The position numbers were made by a program, and so were the translations under genes. DNA of 64,000 bases from a virus: positions 63,844 through 127,843 of the IMG/VR virus record IMGVR_UViG_3300037088_000361. One strand, 5' to 3'. This document shows, in pieces, positions 1-10,208 of the stretch. Each line of letters opens with the position of its first letter. Positions within the stretch are counted from its first letter, which is position 1. The notes under the pieces were generated by a model that was not told where the DNA came from, did not search any database, and was given only the letters and a program-made list of their open reading frames with translations.

Positions 1-716
1 AGAAGGGTTCCGATAGGACCACCATGTAATGCTGCCTTCTTTTGAAATAGCTCAGCCCCTGCCTGCCGTTGTTCCACCGCTCCTCGGCGCATATAACCCA
101 CCTGCCTGCCCAAGCTGGAAAGGCGTTCAAAGGGAGCCATCAATGGGCCCAAGGTTCCCATTTGACTAAAGGCTTCTTTAAGGGCTGAGCCTATGGAATG
201 AATCATCCCCGGCATCCTTGAAAACTTCTGGGTAATTGCATCAAGGCTATATCCCATTTCCTTGAGAGCTTTTTTCATTTCATCTGTGAGCCCTACCCCT
301 GAAACCTTAACTGCCTTCAACATAGCGAGGAGGTCTCGAAGGGACTTGTCGAACTGCGCCGTCCCTTTGCCCCCCACTTCCTGCCTTTGGAGCGCCTTGA
401 CGCTGGCTATCATCTTCTCAAGGTCCTTTATGGTTTCTTTGTTATTTGATGAGTTAAAGATTCCTCCGGGCTGCCCCACGCTCTTTAAGGCCTTTACAAC
501 CTCCTTAATGTTTCCCATTAGCTTATCACTTGAGTCCACCGCATCTGCAGCCTTGTCCGCAAAAGTCTCCAGTACCTTCACGTTGTCCTTCATCAGGACT
601 CCAAGGTCGGCCATACTCTTATTGAGATTCTGTATGGTCGCCTCAAAGACTTTTGTGACATCTACAAGGCTCTTTAGCACCCTGTCAAGGTCACCGGGAT
701 TTAAGGGATTGGGCAT
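1..716 (-). CDS. N-terminal part of a long helical protein, probable tape measure protein (runs off the window)
   Basis: Minus-strand frame open from ATG at 716 (MPNPLNPGDLDRVLKSLVDVTKVFE...) to the window edge; Ala/Lys/Met-rich helical composition; follows tail-chaperone-like genes. Product inferred from context. Confidence 0.5.
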   Translation of the reverse strand, partial: MPNPLNPGDLDRVLKSLVDVTKVFEATIQNLNKSMADLGVLMKDNVKVLETFADKAADAVDSSDKLMGNIKEVVKALKSVGQPGGIFNSSNNKETIKDLEKMIASVKALQRQEVGGKGTAQFDKSLRDLLAMLKAVKVSGVGLTDEMKKALKEMGYSLDAITQKFSRMPGMIHSIGSALKEAFSQMGTLGPLMAPFERLSSLGRQVGYMRRGAVEQRQAGAELFQKKAALHGGPIGTL

Positions 717-744
717 CTGTTCCTATCTTTATCCTGAACGGAGG

Positions 745-1356
745 TTAAGCTTTCTCCTCCGTTTTATCTTCAGCCTTCACCACAGTATCCATCGCTTGGA
801 TTATCGTATCCTCGATTACTTCCTTGCTGGCATCCCTGATTTCTTTGAGGGCCGACTCAAACAACCGACGCTCAACCTCAGTCATCATGGTGGATTCGGG
901 AAAATTCTGTTGCATGCGCTTCTCAATCTTGTCAGAGTGAACCATTAAGAGCTTCCAGAGAGTCAGGAGAACCTCCTGCCCCCACCCGAGAAAGATGTTG
1001 CGAAGAACGACTTGAACATCGACCTTAGGCTTCTTCTCTTCCTTGCTGGTACAGTCCGTGACTATCCGCTGTTCCGGGGTAAGATTGCGGATGCTTATTC
1101 CGTTGGCCCAAGTGACCGCCCGAGAGAGGATTTCACAACGGATACGCTGAATCCAAGCATACCCTTTATACTCCTCTGCGGCTAATAAAGCCTTTATCTC
1201 CTGCTCAGTCGGGATGTTGGAAATCCTCAGGCTGACAGTTTTCCCAGAGGCGTCAAACTGGATTATCTCCTCCACTTCTTCCAGTCCGAACCCACACATT
1301 GCTGCCACAACCTCATCCAGTGACTTTGGAACAATCACATTGTCATTTTCAGCCAT
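745..1356 (-). CDS. hypothetical protein, possible tail assembly chaperone
   Basis: 203-aa ORF with AGGAG RBS, directly upstream of the putative tape measure gene. Confidence 0.5.
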   Translation of the reverse strand: MAENDNVIVPKSLDEVVAAMCGFGLEEVEEIIQFDASGKTVSLRISNIPTEQEIKALLAAEEYKGYAWIQRIRCEILSRAVTWANGISIRNLTPEQRIVTDCTSKEEKKPKVDVQVVLRNIFLGWGQEVLLTLWKLLMVHSDKIEKRMQQNFPESTMMTEVERRLFESALKEIRDASKEVIEDTIIQAMDTVVKAEDKTEEKA

Positions 1357-1359
1357 TTT

Positions 1360-1662
1360 TTATTTTTCTCCTTTTCTCTTGTTGACAAACCTTTCAGCAG
1401 CAGCGTTAAGTACTTGAAGAATATGGGTTTCTTGCTCCTTAAATTCCCAACCCCAATACAAAATTGTACGCTCAAAAACATCAAGTCCATGCTTCTTCAC
1501 AGCCCTCTGAAAAACCTTGCCGCTACCTACATACCCATCATCAAGAGTGCCCGCATGGGAGCCTATATACCACTTACCATTATTACGGTTAACCCACAGG
1601 TATACAAATCCTTGTGGCTCAAACTTTACGATAGCCATTTCCGTTGCCCTATCTTCCCCCAC
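1360..1662 (-). CDS. short GIY-YIG (Seg-like) endonuclease, catalytic domain only, probably truncated
   Basis: GFVYLWVN...WYIGSH...DDGYVGSG motif; no DNA-binding tail; GGAGG RBS. Confidence 0.7.
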   Translation of the reverse strand: MGEDRATEMAIVKFEPQGFVYLWVNRNNGKWYIGSHAGTLDDGYVGSGKVFQRAVKKHGLDVFERTILYWGWEFKEQETHILQVLNAAAERFVNKRKGEK

Positions 1663-1719
1663 AGTTCCTCCTAATAAGCCAGCCGACAGTCGGTTATGTG
1701 GGAATCACCTCAGTTTAAG

Positions 1720-1758
1720 AATCCCTCCAGATATCCGACAGTCTGGTGTATACTATAG
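1720..1758 (+). promoter_or_regulatory. putative phage promoter, class A (AATCCY-N23-TATACTATAG)
   Basis: AATCCC at 1720 and TATACT at 1749; identical spacing at 37838/37867 and 63602/63631. Confidence 0.6.
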
Positions 1759-1770
1759 ATGGAGGAATCT

Positions 1771-2427
1771 ATGGACGAAACTTTTACTACAAAAGAAAAG
1801 CAGAAAATCGAAGCGGATATGCAGGATATCTATGCTTGGCAGAGGAGCGCACAGGCTATACGAGAGGAACGGGAGAGGTTGGAGAAAGAGAAGGGAAGGC
1901 GTGATGGGCTTATAGCCGATTATGTCCTAACCCCTTTGTGGAATGCTTTCCGTACCCTCAGGGGTGTTAAGAACCTCGTCATGCTGCTTGTCATCTCTGC
2001 GGTGATATTCCTCCCCGCAAAATACATACTTTTCCACTATCTGTTTGTAAACACACCCATTGACCCCCCTGACCCTATTACCCAGCTTTTGAGTATAGCC
2101 ACAATCTTACTCGTGGCACCCTATGCACCGTGGTATTGGCTCTGGTCTCTCGTGCCAATGCTCGTTATCGCTGGTTCGTTCACTGGATGCTACTTTGGAG
2201 ACTACCCTCATGGTGTTGGGTATGACAACTGGCCAGCAATCTCTCTCGTGTTCTTGCTATGGGGGCTATACGGGCTGGTAAAGGGGATACACCATGAAGT
2301 CACATGGCTGAGGGAAAGCTATAATGATGACCCCCACCACCATACGATGGAGCACCCCTATCTCTTTATGGGTGCGGCCGTCGGGCAACATTATGTCCTA
2401 AAAAATACCCTGTACAAGAAAGACTAG
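1771..2427 (+). CDS. multi-pass membrane protein
   Basis: GGAGG RBS before ATG 1771; about four hydrophobic segments. Confidence 0.7.
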   Translation: MDETFTTKEKQKIEADMQDIYAWQRSAQAIREERERLEKEKGRRDGLIADYVLTPLWNAFRTLRGVKNLVMLLVISAVIFLPAKYILFHYLFVNTPIDPPDPITQLLSIATILLVAPYAPWYWLWSLVPMLVIAGSFTGCYFGDYPHGVGYDNWPAISLVFLLWGLYGLVKGIHHEVTWLRESYNDDPHHHTMEHPYLFMGAAVGQHYVLKNTLYKKD

Positions 2428-2429
2428 GG

Positions 2430-3566
2430 TTATTGGTACTTCTTTATCTTCTCGGCGTAGTCGGGTCGTCCCCCCTCCTGCTCCCTCCGGGCGGGAGGGG
2501 GAGGCATCCTCCTGCCCCTCATCTTGGCATCCTGCAGCCGCATGTCGTCGTCCGACATTATGCGTATGGTCTCCTTGTTGATTCCCGGTCCTCCACGCTT
2601 GGCCACTATCTGCTCGATATCCTTCTTGCGCTTGTCCGCCGCCTCAAGCTGCTGATGCTCAAACTTAGCCATAAGTTGCTCGTGCCGGTCGTTCCCCAGC
2701 ATCCCATAAAGCTCCTTGAGCATCCCCTCCTTCGTCTCCATGTTCTCAAGGTGTGCCCATCCGTCGTCAAGCGCCTTCTCAGGGGCGGCAGCGACCATAT
2801 GCTCCCAAGGGTCCATTACTCCCGCCTGCATCGCCTTGGTGGCTGCCTTTAGCTCCGCCGCCAGCCCGTCCACGGACTTTCCCGCCCACGGGCGCATAAT
2901 CAGGACAGCATTCCACGACTCGTCCAGCCGCTTCTTTGCCTGCTCCCGGTAAGTGCATAGGGATGCCCACAGCCTGGCGTGGTCACTGGGGCACATAATA
3001 GTCACCTTCCTGCCGTCAGGCATAGGTATGACCTTGTTCTCGAACGACGCACAACTCCCCCCGCTGTGCCATAGGCGCTCACTCTCCCTCGTGGTGCTGA
3101 ACGCCGCCAAGTAGGGGTAGAGGGAGGCATCCCTGTCCCCCATAACGATTACCAGCTTGACTAGGCGGCTGACCTCCAAGGATGTAAGCTGCCCTAGCTC
3201 CTCCTCAGTCAGGGTGGTAGTGAGAAGCAGGGAGCGCAGGATGAAGTCCTGACTTTTAGGGAACCACCGTCTAAGGTCACGACGCTCGGTGTCGTGCAAC
3301 CCCCTGACCCACCCTAGGCTCTCACCGTCAACCAACAGGGGTCGTATCCTCGCTCCTATCCTGATAAGCTCGTCGCAGGTATCGGAAACCTTGTTCTTAA
3401 CCTCCTGCACATACTGGGTAGGAGCACGATGGGCAGACTCCTCGCCGATGCGCATGGCCAGCTCTGCCCCACGGGTAATCTTTGAGTCCGGCGATACCCT
3501 GCCCCCCCTCCAGGCACCAGTAGGGGGAGTCCCAAGCACGTTCTGGGAGACCTTAGGCACCACCAT
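2430..3566 (-). CDS. hypothetical phage protein
   Basis: Long ORF with GGAGG RBS, overlapping the end of the upstream gene. Confidence 0.65.
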   Translation of the reverse strand: MVVPKVSQNVLGTPPTGAWRGGRVSPDSKITRGAELAMRIGEESAHRAPTQYVQEVKNKVSDTCDELIRIGARIRPLLVDGESLGWVRGLHDTERRDLRRWFPKSQDFILRSLLLTTTLTEEELGQLTSLEVSRLVKLVIVMGDRDASLYPYLAAFSTTRESERLWHSGGSCASFENKVIPMPDGRKVTIMCPSDHARLWASLCTYREQAKKRLDESWNAVLIMRPWAGKSVDGLAAELKAATKAMQAGVMDPWEHMVAAAPEKALDDGWAHLENMETKEGMLKELYGMLGNDRHEQLMAKFEHQQLEAADKRKKDIEQIVAKRGGPGINKETIRIMSDDDMRLQDAKMRGRRMPPPPARREQEGGRPDYAEKIKKYQ

Positions 3567-4071
3567 CCGAGCCTCCCTCCTGTGTGGCGGGAACAAACCT
3601 CTTTCCCTCTTTTTGTGCTGCCCTGAGAATCTGACGGCTCAGTTCCGCCTCCTCGGCCACTTCCTGTTTTCCGAAGCGGTTCTCCATTTCTCTGATAACC
3701 TTGTCATGAATGCTCTCCTCTTCCGTACTCTCCTCAAAGACCCTCCCCATATGCAAGGACGACTCGGGTGCCTGGTAGAGGTCGGCGGTGCTGAACCGGC
3801 GTGCGGGTGGAAACGACCCACGGTATACCTTCCACACCCTGGTGAGGATGGCCTCGGGTATGGCCGCAATGACCCGCTTAGCTTCTTCAATCGACTTTGG
3901 GGCAATCCCCGACACCTCGACAAGAGCGGTGGCGAGGAACACTCGGACAGGGTCCTCGGATTTTCCTGCCCTGACAAGGAATTCTTCCTGCCACAGCACC
4001 CGCCTGAAGACAAAATCAAACCTCAGGAGACGGACATTGACGAGGTCGGCGGTATTGATATCCTTGGCCAT
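3553..4071 (-). CDS. hypothetical phage protein
   Basis: ORF MAKDINTADL..., co-oriented and coupled with 2430..3566. Confidence 0.6.
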   Translation of the reverse strand: MAKDINTADLVNVRLLRFDFVFRRVLWQEEFLVRAGKSEDPVRVFLATALVEVSGIAPKSIEEAKRVIAAIPEAILTRVWKVYRGSFPPARRFSTADLYQAPESSLHMGRVFEESTEEESIHDKVIREMENRFGKQEVAEEAELSRQILRAAQKEGKRFVPATQEGGSDGGA

Positions 4072-4170
4072 ATACAGGCTGTGGGAAGGCCTTTTACACG
4101 TAATCACTGGCAAGCTAGTATTTATAGTCTACAGCGAGTTTATCATGGCACATCGCCGCAAAGGAGTCCT

Positions 4171-5778
4171 ATGTATCTTTCTGAGCTTGCCCGAAGGTTC
4201 TGCTGTGGTCAGGACCTTTATCCGTTCGTATTGCAAAACAAGAAGAGGTTGGCTTGGACCATCCAGTACGCCAAGTGGCTGGACTTTACGCCGGGAAGCG
4301 ACGAGGTAGTCACCAGCGGAACCCTCCGGGCGATTTGGATTTACATCGAGAAGTTCAGTGCCCTCCCCACCAGTCCCACCGACGTAAAGGGATACATCAT
4401 AAACAATCCGCACAACATCAAGGAGTTTACACGGGGCGAGGACGATAAGGATAATACCACCGGAATCCTTGAACAGCTAGACCTGCTGGCCACTTGGGAG
4501 CCCACTCCCAACGTCAAGGTGCAGGATACATTACCTGTGCTTGAGTATGCTTTCTCCGATGTCAGGAACAACTGGCACGAGAAGCTCTATGCCAAGGCGG
4601 GCAGGATAGCCTCTGGGGCGGATGCTCACACCTATTGGGTCGGTCGGGAGAAGAAGGAGGAGAGGGGTCCCTCCGCCGCCATGCGGTACCTCCGCCTGAA
4701 ATGGCTGCAGGACTATGCTGATGAGGCTCCCCCGCAGGATGGGATGTTGCACGAAAACATGCAGTCGGTCCGGGAGGGGTTCGCCAGCCTGATGGATGAA
4801 CAATCCACAGATAACCAGATGGCCATCGGTATCCCCCACATTGACAATAATGTGGTAATCAGCAAGAATTCCGACATGAAGTTCATCGGCATCGTAGGTC
4901 AGGCGGGTGACGGAAAGACCACCTTAGCGAACTACATGGTATACCAATGGCTCAGCGAGGGGTTTAATGGTCTATACGCCTCCACTGAACACAGCGCCAA
5001 GCATATCTGGGATGTTATGACCTACCTGCATAGCTCCCACCCTGACTATGCCGGGATAGTCCTGCCAGGAACCAAGGTCTGGGAGAGCCGTAATGTCACG
5101 ACCGAGGATATCAAGCATATGCAGACCATCTGCCAAGACATTGAGACCCGCAGGAACTTGCCGGGGCTTCTGGAAGTCAAGGAGTTTCACCCCTTCGATT
5201 GGGACACCATCGAGGATTGGGTCAAGGTGTATCACCCCAAGAACCATTACGACTTCATTTTGCTAGATTATATCACCCGCTTTGAGGTTCCCGGAGACCC
5301 TAAATGGATAGACCAAGAAATAAAATGCCTCATCCACCGCATACAAAGATTTACCCGAGACTTTGATAATGGCAAGGGTATAGTTGTTGCCAGCCCTATT
5401 CAAATTACCAAGGAGTCCTACAAGGACGCCATGAAGGGTGAGTTCAAAGAGGGTGTAGGTCATTATACTATTGACTCTATTCGCACCTTCAGCGAGTTAA
5501 AGGATGATTGTGACTTACTCCTTACGGTGTGGTCCGACCAAGAAATGAAAGATGAGAAAAGGAATGAGATTGAAGTCGGGTGCGTCAAGAAGCGCGTTGG
5601 CCGACAGCCACCCGCCCGCATCATGGTTCTGTCCGCTAATACCGGAGCGTTCGCCCAAAGGGGCGACGAGTCGGTGACAGGTCAGCAAGCGTTAACCCCT
5701 GAAGTCGCCGAGGCAATGAGGGAAATACGGAACATTGACAGCGACATCGTGGATGAAATGCCACAATATTGTCAATGA
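4171..5778 (+). CDS. DnaB-like (SF4) replicative helicase
   Basis: Walker A GQAGDGKTT, YASTE, Walker B ILLDY, SPIQ, DCDLLL, KKR motifs; start placed at ATG 4171; stop codon lies inside the IsrB element end. Confidence 0.8.
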   Translation: MYLSELARRFCCGQDLYPFVLQNKKRLAWTIQYAKWLDFTPGSDEVVTSGTLRAIWIYIEKFSALPTSPTDVKGYIINNPHNIKEFTRGEDDKDNTTGILEQLDLLATWEPTPNVKVQDTLPVLEYAFSDVRNNWHEKLYAKAGRIASGADAHTYWVGREKKEERGPSAAMRYLRLKWLQDYADEAPPQDGMLHENMQSVREGFASLMDEQSTDNQMAIGIPHIDNNVVISKNSDMKFIGIVGQAGDGKTTLANYMVYQWLSEGFNGLYASTEHSAKHIWDVMTYLHSSHPDYAGIVLPGTKVWESRNVTTEDIKHMQTICQDIETRRNLPGLLEVKEFHPFDWDTIEDWVKVYHPKNHYDFILLDYITRFEVPGDPKWIDQEIKCLIHRIQRFTRDFDNGKGIVVASPIQITKESYKDAMKGEFKEGVGHYTIDSIRTFSELKDDCDLLLTVWSDQEMKDEKRNEIEVGCVKKRVGRQPPARIMVLSANTGAFAQRGDESVTGQQALTPEVAEAMREIRNIDSDIVDEMPQYCQ

Positions 5779-5973
5779 CCGTCGCCTAAAGGCGACGGCT
5801 TGTGCCCAAGGCCAAGCCAAGGTTGAAAGCACAACGTAAGCGGAGACTAGGGATGTAGTAACTGAGCTTCCTGGGCGTGGCAGCCCGAAAGCACACCGAG
5901 AATGCTCCCCAAGTTTTCGGTCCCTGCGGAAGCCAGTCCCGAAGGGGGAAATTGAGAAAGAGAGAGGTAACTC
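5771..5973 (+). ncRNA. omega-RNA (HEARO-like) scaffold for IsrB
   Basis: About 200 nt of structured non-coding sequence between the element left end and the PLMP ORF, the established position of IscB/IsrB omega-RNAs. Confidence 0.7.
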
Positions 5974-6981
5974 TTGTTTGTTCCAGTAGTTAGTTCGACA
6001 GGCAAGCCGCTCATGCCCACCACCAATTGGCGGGCGAACGAGCTAATCCGTAAGGGCAACGCGTTACGACGTTTCAGCAAGGGCGTCTTCTACATCCGCC
6101 TGACGCAACGGTCTGACGGGGTCATACAGGAAGTTGCGTGCGGGATAGACCCCGGCTCGAAGAAGGAAGCGTTCACGGTAAAGTCGGATGCCCACACTTT
6201 CATCAATATTCAGGCGGACGCTGTGACTTGGGTCAAGAAAGCGGTGGAAACCCGCAGGTTGCTGAGAAGGTCAAGGCGCAGCCGGAATACACCTTGCCGT
6301 CAGAACCGGTCCAACCGGACAATCGGCGGAATTCCGCCGAGTACCAGGGCTCGATTCGGGTGGAAGGTGAGGATTAGCACCTGGCTCTCTAAGCTCTATC
6401 CGATTTCCCGCTTTGTGGTCGAGGACATTAAGGCGACGACCCACAAGGGACGCCGTTGGAATAAGAGTTTTAGCCCACTCGAAGTTGGCAAGAAGTGGTT
6501 CAAGGTAGAGCTTGAGAAGCTCGCTCCGATCACACTCAAGCAAGGGTGGGAGACATTCCAGATGCGGAACGCAGCGGGGTTGAAAAAGACGAAGGCGAAG
6601 ATGTCGGAGAGGTTTGACGCCCACTGTGTGGACAGTTGGATCTTGGCGAACAGTTGGGTCGGCGGGAACATCAAGCCTGACAACGAAAAGATGTGGCTGG
6701 TAACGCCGCTTCAATTCAGCCGTAGACAGCTTCATGTTCAGAATCCCGCCGCAGGCGGTATCCGAAAGCCCTACGGCGGAACGCGGAGCCTGGGCTTCAA
6801 GCGGGGAAGCTGGGTACAGCATCCTAAGTTTGGGACGTGCTTTGTTGGCGGGTCGTCAAAAGGCAGAGTCAGCCTGCACAGCCTTTCGACCGGAAAACGC
6901 TTAACCCAGAGTGCCAAATCTCAAGATATGGAATTTCTGCATTATGCAAGCTGGAGGGCGTCCAATTCCTCCGCTGGCTAA
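5974..6981 (+). CDS. isrB: IsrB RNA-guided nickase (PLMP + split RuvC, no HNH)
   Basis: KPLMPT, RuvC-I GIDPG, Arg-rich bridge helix RRLLRRSRRSR, RuvC-II VVEDI, RuvC-III HCVDS; 335 aa with no HNH insertion. Confidence 0.85.
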   Translation: MFVPVVSSTGKPLMPTTNWRANELIRKGNALRRFSKGVFYIRLTQRSDGVIQEVACGIDPGSKKEAFTVKSDAHTFINIQADAVTWVKKAVETRRLLRRSRRSRNTPCRQNRSNRTIGGIPPSTRARFGWKVRISTWLSKLYPISRFVVEDIKATTHKGRRWNKSFSPLEVGKKWFKVELEKLAPITLKQGWETFQMRNAAGLKKTKAKMSERFDAHCVDSWILANSWVGGNIKPDNEKMWLVTPLQFSRRQLHVQNPAAGGIRKPYGGTRSLGFKRGSWVQHPKFGTCFVGGSSKGRVSLHSLSTGKRLTQSAKSQDMEFLHYASWRASNSSAG

Positions 6982-7010
6982 AGCCAGCGGTCTCCTTGGA
7001 CACAAAATCT

Positions 7011-7496
7011 ATGAAGTCGCAGACCATAGAAGCGAGCGAGATACACCAAAGGATATACATAAAGAACTGGTGGAAGTTTCAACATTACCACGACCGTAGA
7101 CCCTCGTGGATTAAGCTACACACGTCCATCCTGACGGATGATGTGCTGATTAACTTACCAGGGGACGACTTCAAGCACCTGGTGCGCTTGTGGTTAGCTC
7201 TGGCAGAGCATGAGGGGAGCTTCAGTCAGGCTAACTGGGCTCTCGGGCATAGCGTGGGCTTCTCTACCCGTAAGCAGTGGCAAAGCTTTCTAGCACGAAT
7301 GATAAATAAGTCCCTGATAACAGAGGAAGATTCTCGTGGAGCTAGGGCAGAGGTGGCTAGCGATTTGGTACACAGAAGAAGAAGAGATAAGAAAGAGATA
7401 AAGAATAAAGAGAATAACCCTAACACCTCTTCAGGTAACTCTAACTTTTCTCCAGATAATTTCCCTATTGATTTGACCGTAGATGAGGAGGATTGA
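7011..7496 (+). CDS. phage replication initiator / replisome organizer-like protein
   Basis: IKNWWKFQHY...WIKLH N-terminal motif and a Lys/Glu/Asn-rich tail typical of phage initiators. Confidence 0.6.
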   Translation: MKSQTIEASEIHQRIYIKNWWKFQHYHDRRPSWIKLHTSILTDDVLINLPGDDFKHLVRLWLALAEHEGSFSQANWALGHSVGFSTRKQWQSFLARMINKSLITEEDSRGARAEVASDLVHRRRRDKKEIKNKENNPNTSSGNSNFSPDNFPIDLTVDEED

Positions 7497-8029
7497 TGGA
7501 CCCAAAAGTTTTTGAGTGCATGAAAAAACGGGGATGGCTGGACAAGAACAATAAGCCCAAGTGGCCTTTTGCCTTTGCTACTTGGTCCGAGGACATTACC
7601 GACGACGAGGGGACTATACCTGCGGAGTGCATCAAGCTGGCAATCCACTATCACTTCCACCCCTTCCATGAACCCCATGACCCATTCTTCCGCAACCAAG
7701 GTCTATCCGCTGCCACACTAGAACACTACGGGCGGAGAATGGTACGCTCCATTCCTGATGCCTACACCTACAAAGACAACCCGTGGAACCCTTGGAAACG
7801 GTTTCCTAACCTTAACTGCCTTGAATGTCACGGAGAGGGGGGAAAACTCTCACAGATATATGACACTAAGGCCTTCAATTTCAAGATGTGTAAATGCATT
7901 ATTGGACTGCCAGAAGGAAGAGATGGCTGCCCTAAGTGTAGGAACACCGGTAACCGTGACCTGCGTATCCTTGGAAAAGTTCCCGGAAGCTTTATAACCA
8001 AGGTTGTTGATTGTGATTGCCTGCGATGA
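7493..8029 (+). CDS. Cys-rich zinc-binding hypothetical protein
   Basis: CLECHGEG, CKC, CPKCRNTG, CDC motifs. Confidence 0.6.
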   Translation: MMDPKVFECMKKRGWLDKNNKPKWPFAFATWSEDITDDEGTIPAECIKLAIHYHFHPFHEPHDPFFRNQGLSAATLEHYGRRMVRSIPDAYTYKDNPWNPWKRFPNLNCLECHGEGGKLSQIYDTKAFNFKMCKCIIGLPEGRDGCPKCRNTGNRDLRILGKVPGSFITKVVDCDCLR

Positions 8030-8260
8030 GAGTATTATCCCTTGTCTGAAAAATTTTACATATGACTAACCCACTACAAATTGACCATCAAGATTCAACT
8101 CTATCCGAAAATTCCACAGACTCCGTGAAAACCCATCTCTCCGAGAAAGTTTGCCGGTGATTTAAGATTTCCACTACCGACCTCATAGACAGCCGCACGC
8201 TATGACCACAAATTTTTCACATCACGCAAGAGGGGTTTGACAATTCAGGAGAGAGGTACA

Positions 8261-10165
8261 ATGCCGAAGAGTATTGAAATGACACCTTTTCAACAGTATA
8301 TTTATAAAAGTAAATATGCTCGGTGGCTTCCCGAGAAAAATCGTCGGGAAGATTGGCCGGAAACAGTCCACAGATACATTGACTTTATTTCTAAAAAAAT
8401 CCCAGAGGACATCAGGGAAGAGACCAGCAAGGAGCTTGAAAATGCAATCCTGAACATGGAAGTTATGCCCTCGATGCGAGCTATGATGACCGCAGGGAAA
8501 GCGGCAGAGCGCGATGAAGTCGCAATATTCAACTGTTCTTACATTGCTATTGATGACCCGAGAGCATTTGACGAGGCTGTTTACTTATCTATGTGTGGAG
8601 TAGGGGTGGGATTTTCCGTTGAGCGCCAATGCATAAACCAACTACCTACCATTGCTGAAAACTTTTATCAAGAAGATACCACCATCAAGGTCAGGGACTC
8701 AAAAATTGGATGGGCAACAGCCTTCCGTCAATTGATAGCCTTGCTCTATGGGGGGCTTATACCAAAGTGGGACCTCAGCTCCTTGCGTCTGGCAGGTGCT
8801 TTACTTAAGACATTTGGTGGTCGGGCGTCTGGACCGGAGCCACTTGACCGTCTTTTTAAATTCACTGTTCAACTTTTCAGGAATGCCGCAGGAAGAAAAC
8901 TTACCAGTATTGAATGTCATGACTTGATGTGTATGATTGCAGATGTTGTGGTCAGCGGTGGGGTAAGACGTAGCGCCTTAATTTCCTTCTCCAATCTTTC
9001 TGATGACCGTATGCGAAACGCCAAGACAGGACAGTGGTGGATTGAGAATCCTCAGCGAGCACTGGCCAACAATAGTGCAGTCTATACGGAAAGGCCAGAA
9101 ATCGGGGTATTCATGCGGGAGTGGTTATCTCTTTACGAGTCCCGTTCCGGCGAGCGAGGAATATTCAATCGTGAAGCGGCTAAAAAACATATTGCCGCCG
9201 CAGGAAGACGTAAGTGGAAGGATATAGATTTCGGTGGGAATCCTTGCATGGAGATACTTTTAAAAAGTACAGAAACTTGTAATTTGACTGAGGTTGTAAC
9301 TCGTCCAAACGATACCAAGAAAATCCTTAAGGATAAGATTTACAAGGCAACCATCTTGGGAACACTCCAATCTACCTTCACTGACTTTCGGTACCTTCGT
9401 AAGGCATGGCAAAAAAACGCCGAGGAAGAACGGCTATTGGGGGTCAGCCTGACCGGAATCATGGACAATAAGATTACATCCACCAATGATTCCCACCTTG
9501 AGGCTTTACTTGATGAGCTACGCCTATATGCTATTCAAGTCAATAAGGAGTGGGCGGAGAAGCTTGGAATAAGCCCATCGGCGGGAATAACCTGCGGAAA
9601 ACCTTCCGGCACTGTGTCTAACTTGGTTAATGCCTCCCCAGGAATGCACGCTCGCCATAGCAAGTATATTTCTCGGGCGGTACGGGAGAATCGCACAAGT
9701 CCCATCTCTGTATTTCTCAAAGCAGCAGGAGTGCCATGGGAGCCAGAAGTATCAAAACCTAACGATGTTGATGTGTTTTATTTTCCGTTGGAGTCCCCCG
9801 AAGGGTCGGTAACTCGGGATGACCTTGCAGCGGTCCAGCAGCTTGAGGTTTACCTCACCTACAAGCAGCATTGGACTGAACATAACCAAAGCTGCACAAT
9901 TTCCGTTCGGGAGCACGAGTGGCTTGATGTGGGCTCATGGGTCTTTAATCACTTTGACTCTATCTGCGGGGTTTCTTTCCTTCCTTTTTCCAATTCAGTA
10001 TATAAGCAAGCCCCATACACTGAACTTACTGAGCAGCAGTACCTTGATGCAGTTGCCAAGATGCCGGTTATCGACTGGTCTAAGCTGGTGGAGTTTGAGA
10101 AGGAAGACCATACCACGGCTATGAAGGAATATGCGTGTTCGTCGGCAACTGGGTGTGCTTTGTAG
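8261..10165 (+). CDS. nrdJ: class II (adenosylcobalamin-dependent) ribonucleotide reductase
   Basis: MPSMR, FNCSY, GGRASGP, VVSGGVRRSA, NPCMEI, TCGKPSGT and C-terminal ACSSATGC. Confidence 0.92.
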   Translation: MPKSIEMTPFQQYIYKSKYARWLPEKNRREDWPETVHRYIDFISKKIPEDIREETSKELENAILNMEVMPSMRAMMTAGKAAERDEVAIFNCSYIAIDDPRAFDEAVYLSMCGVGVGFSVERQCINQLPTIAENFYQEDTTIKVRDSKIGWATAFRQLIALLYGGLIPKWDLSSLRLAGALLKTFGGRASGPEPLDRLFKFTVQLFRNAAGRKLTSIECHDLMCMIADVVVSGGVRRSALISFSNLSDDRMRNAKTGQWWIENPQRALANNSAVYTERPEIGVFMREWLSLYESRSGERGIFNREAAKKHIAAAGRRKWKDIDFGGNPCMEILLKSTETCNLTEVVTRPNDTKKILKDKIYKATILGTLQSTFTDFRYLRKAWQKNAEEERLLGVSLTGIMDNKITSTNDSHLEALLDELRLYAIQVNKEWAEKLGISPSAGITCGKPSGTVSNLVNASPGMHARHSKYISRAVRENRTSPISVFLKAAGVPWEPEVSKPNDVDVFYFPLESPEGSVTRDDLAAVQQLEVYLTYKQHWTEHNQSCTISVREHEWLDVGSWVFNHFDSICGVSFLPFSNSVYKQAPYTELTEQQYLDAVAKMPVIDWSKLVEFEKEDHTTAMKEYACSSATGCAL

Positions 10166-10208
10166 TGTTGGGATTTGTGAACCATAGAATTTGGTATTAA
10201 AGGGTGCT

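Larger units (their letters stand above)
5771..7010 (+). mobile_element. IS200/IS605-family non-autonomous element carrying isrB
   Basis: Left end GTCAATGA plus hairpin CCGTCGCC-TAAA-GGCGACGG; right-end hairpin CCGCTGGC-TAAA-GCCAGCGG; no tnpA; element followed by ATGA. Confidence 0.8.

Noticed and set aside
3289-4170. 829-aa version of the helicase ORF
   Set aside because: The first ~290 codons are the antisense of two minus-strand genes; ATG 4171 is the plausible start.
5974-6981. Cas9, IscB or TnpB call
   Set aside because: PLMP present, HNH and TnpB zinc finger absent, no CRISPR array; fits IsrB.
8030-8260. Cobalamin riboswitch, NrdR boxes or replication origin upstream of nrdJ
   Set aside because: No B12-box, only weak NrdR-like matches, and no iterons visible.
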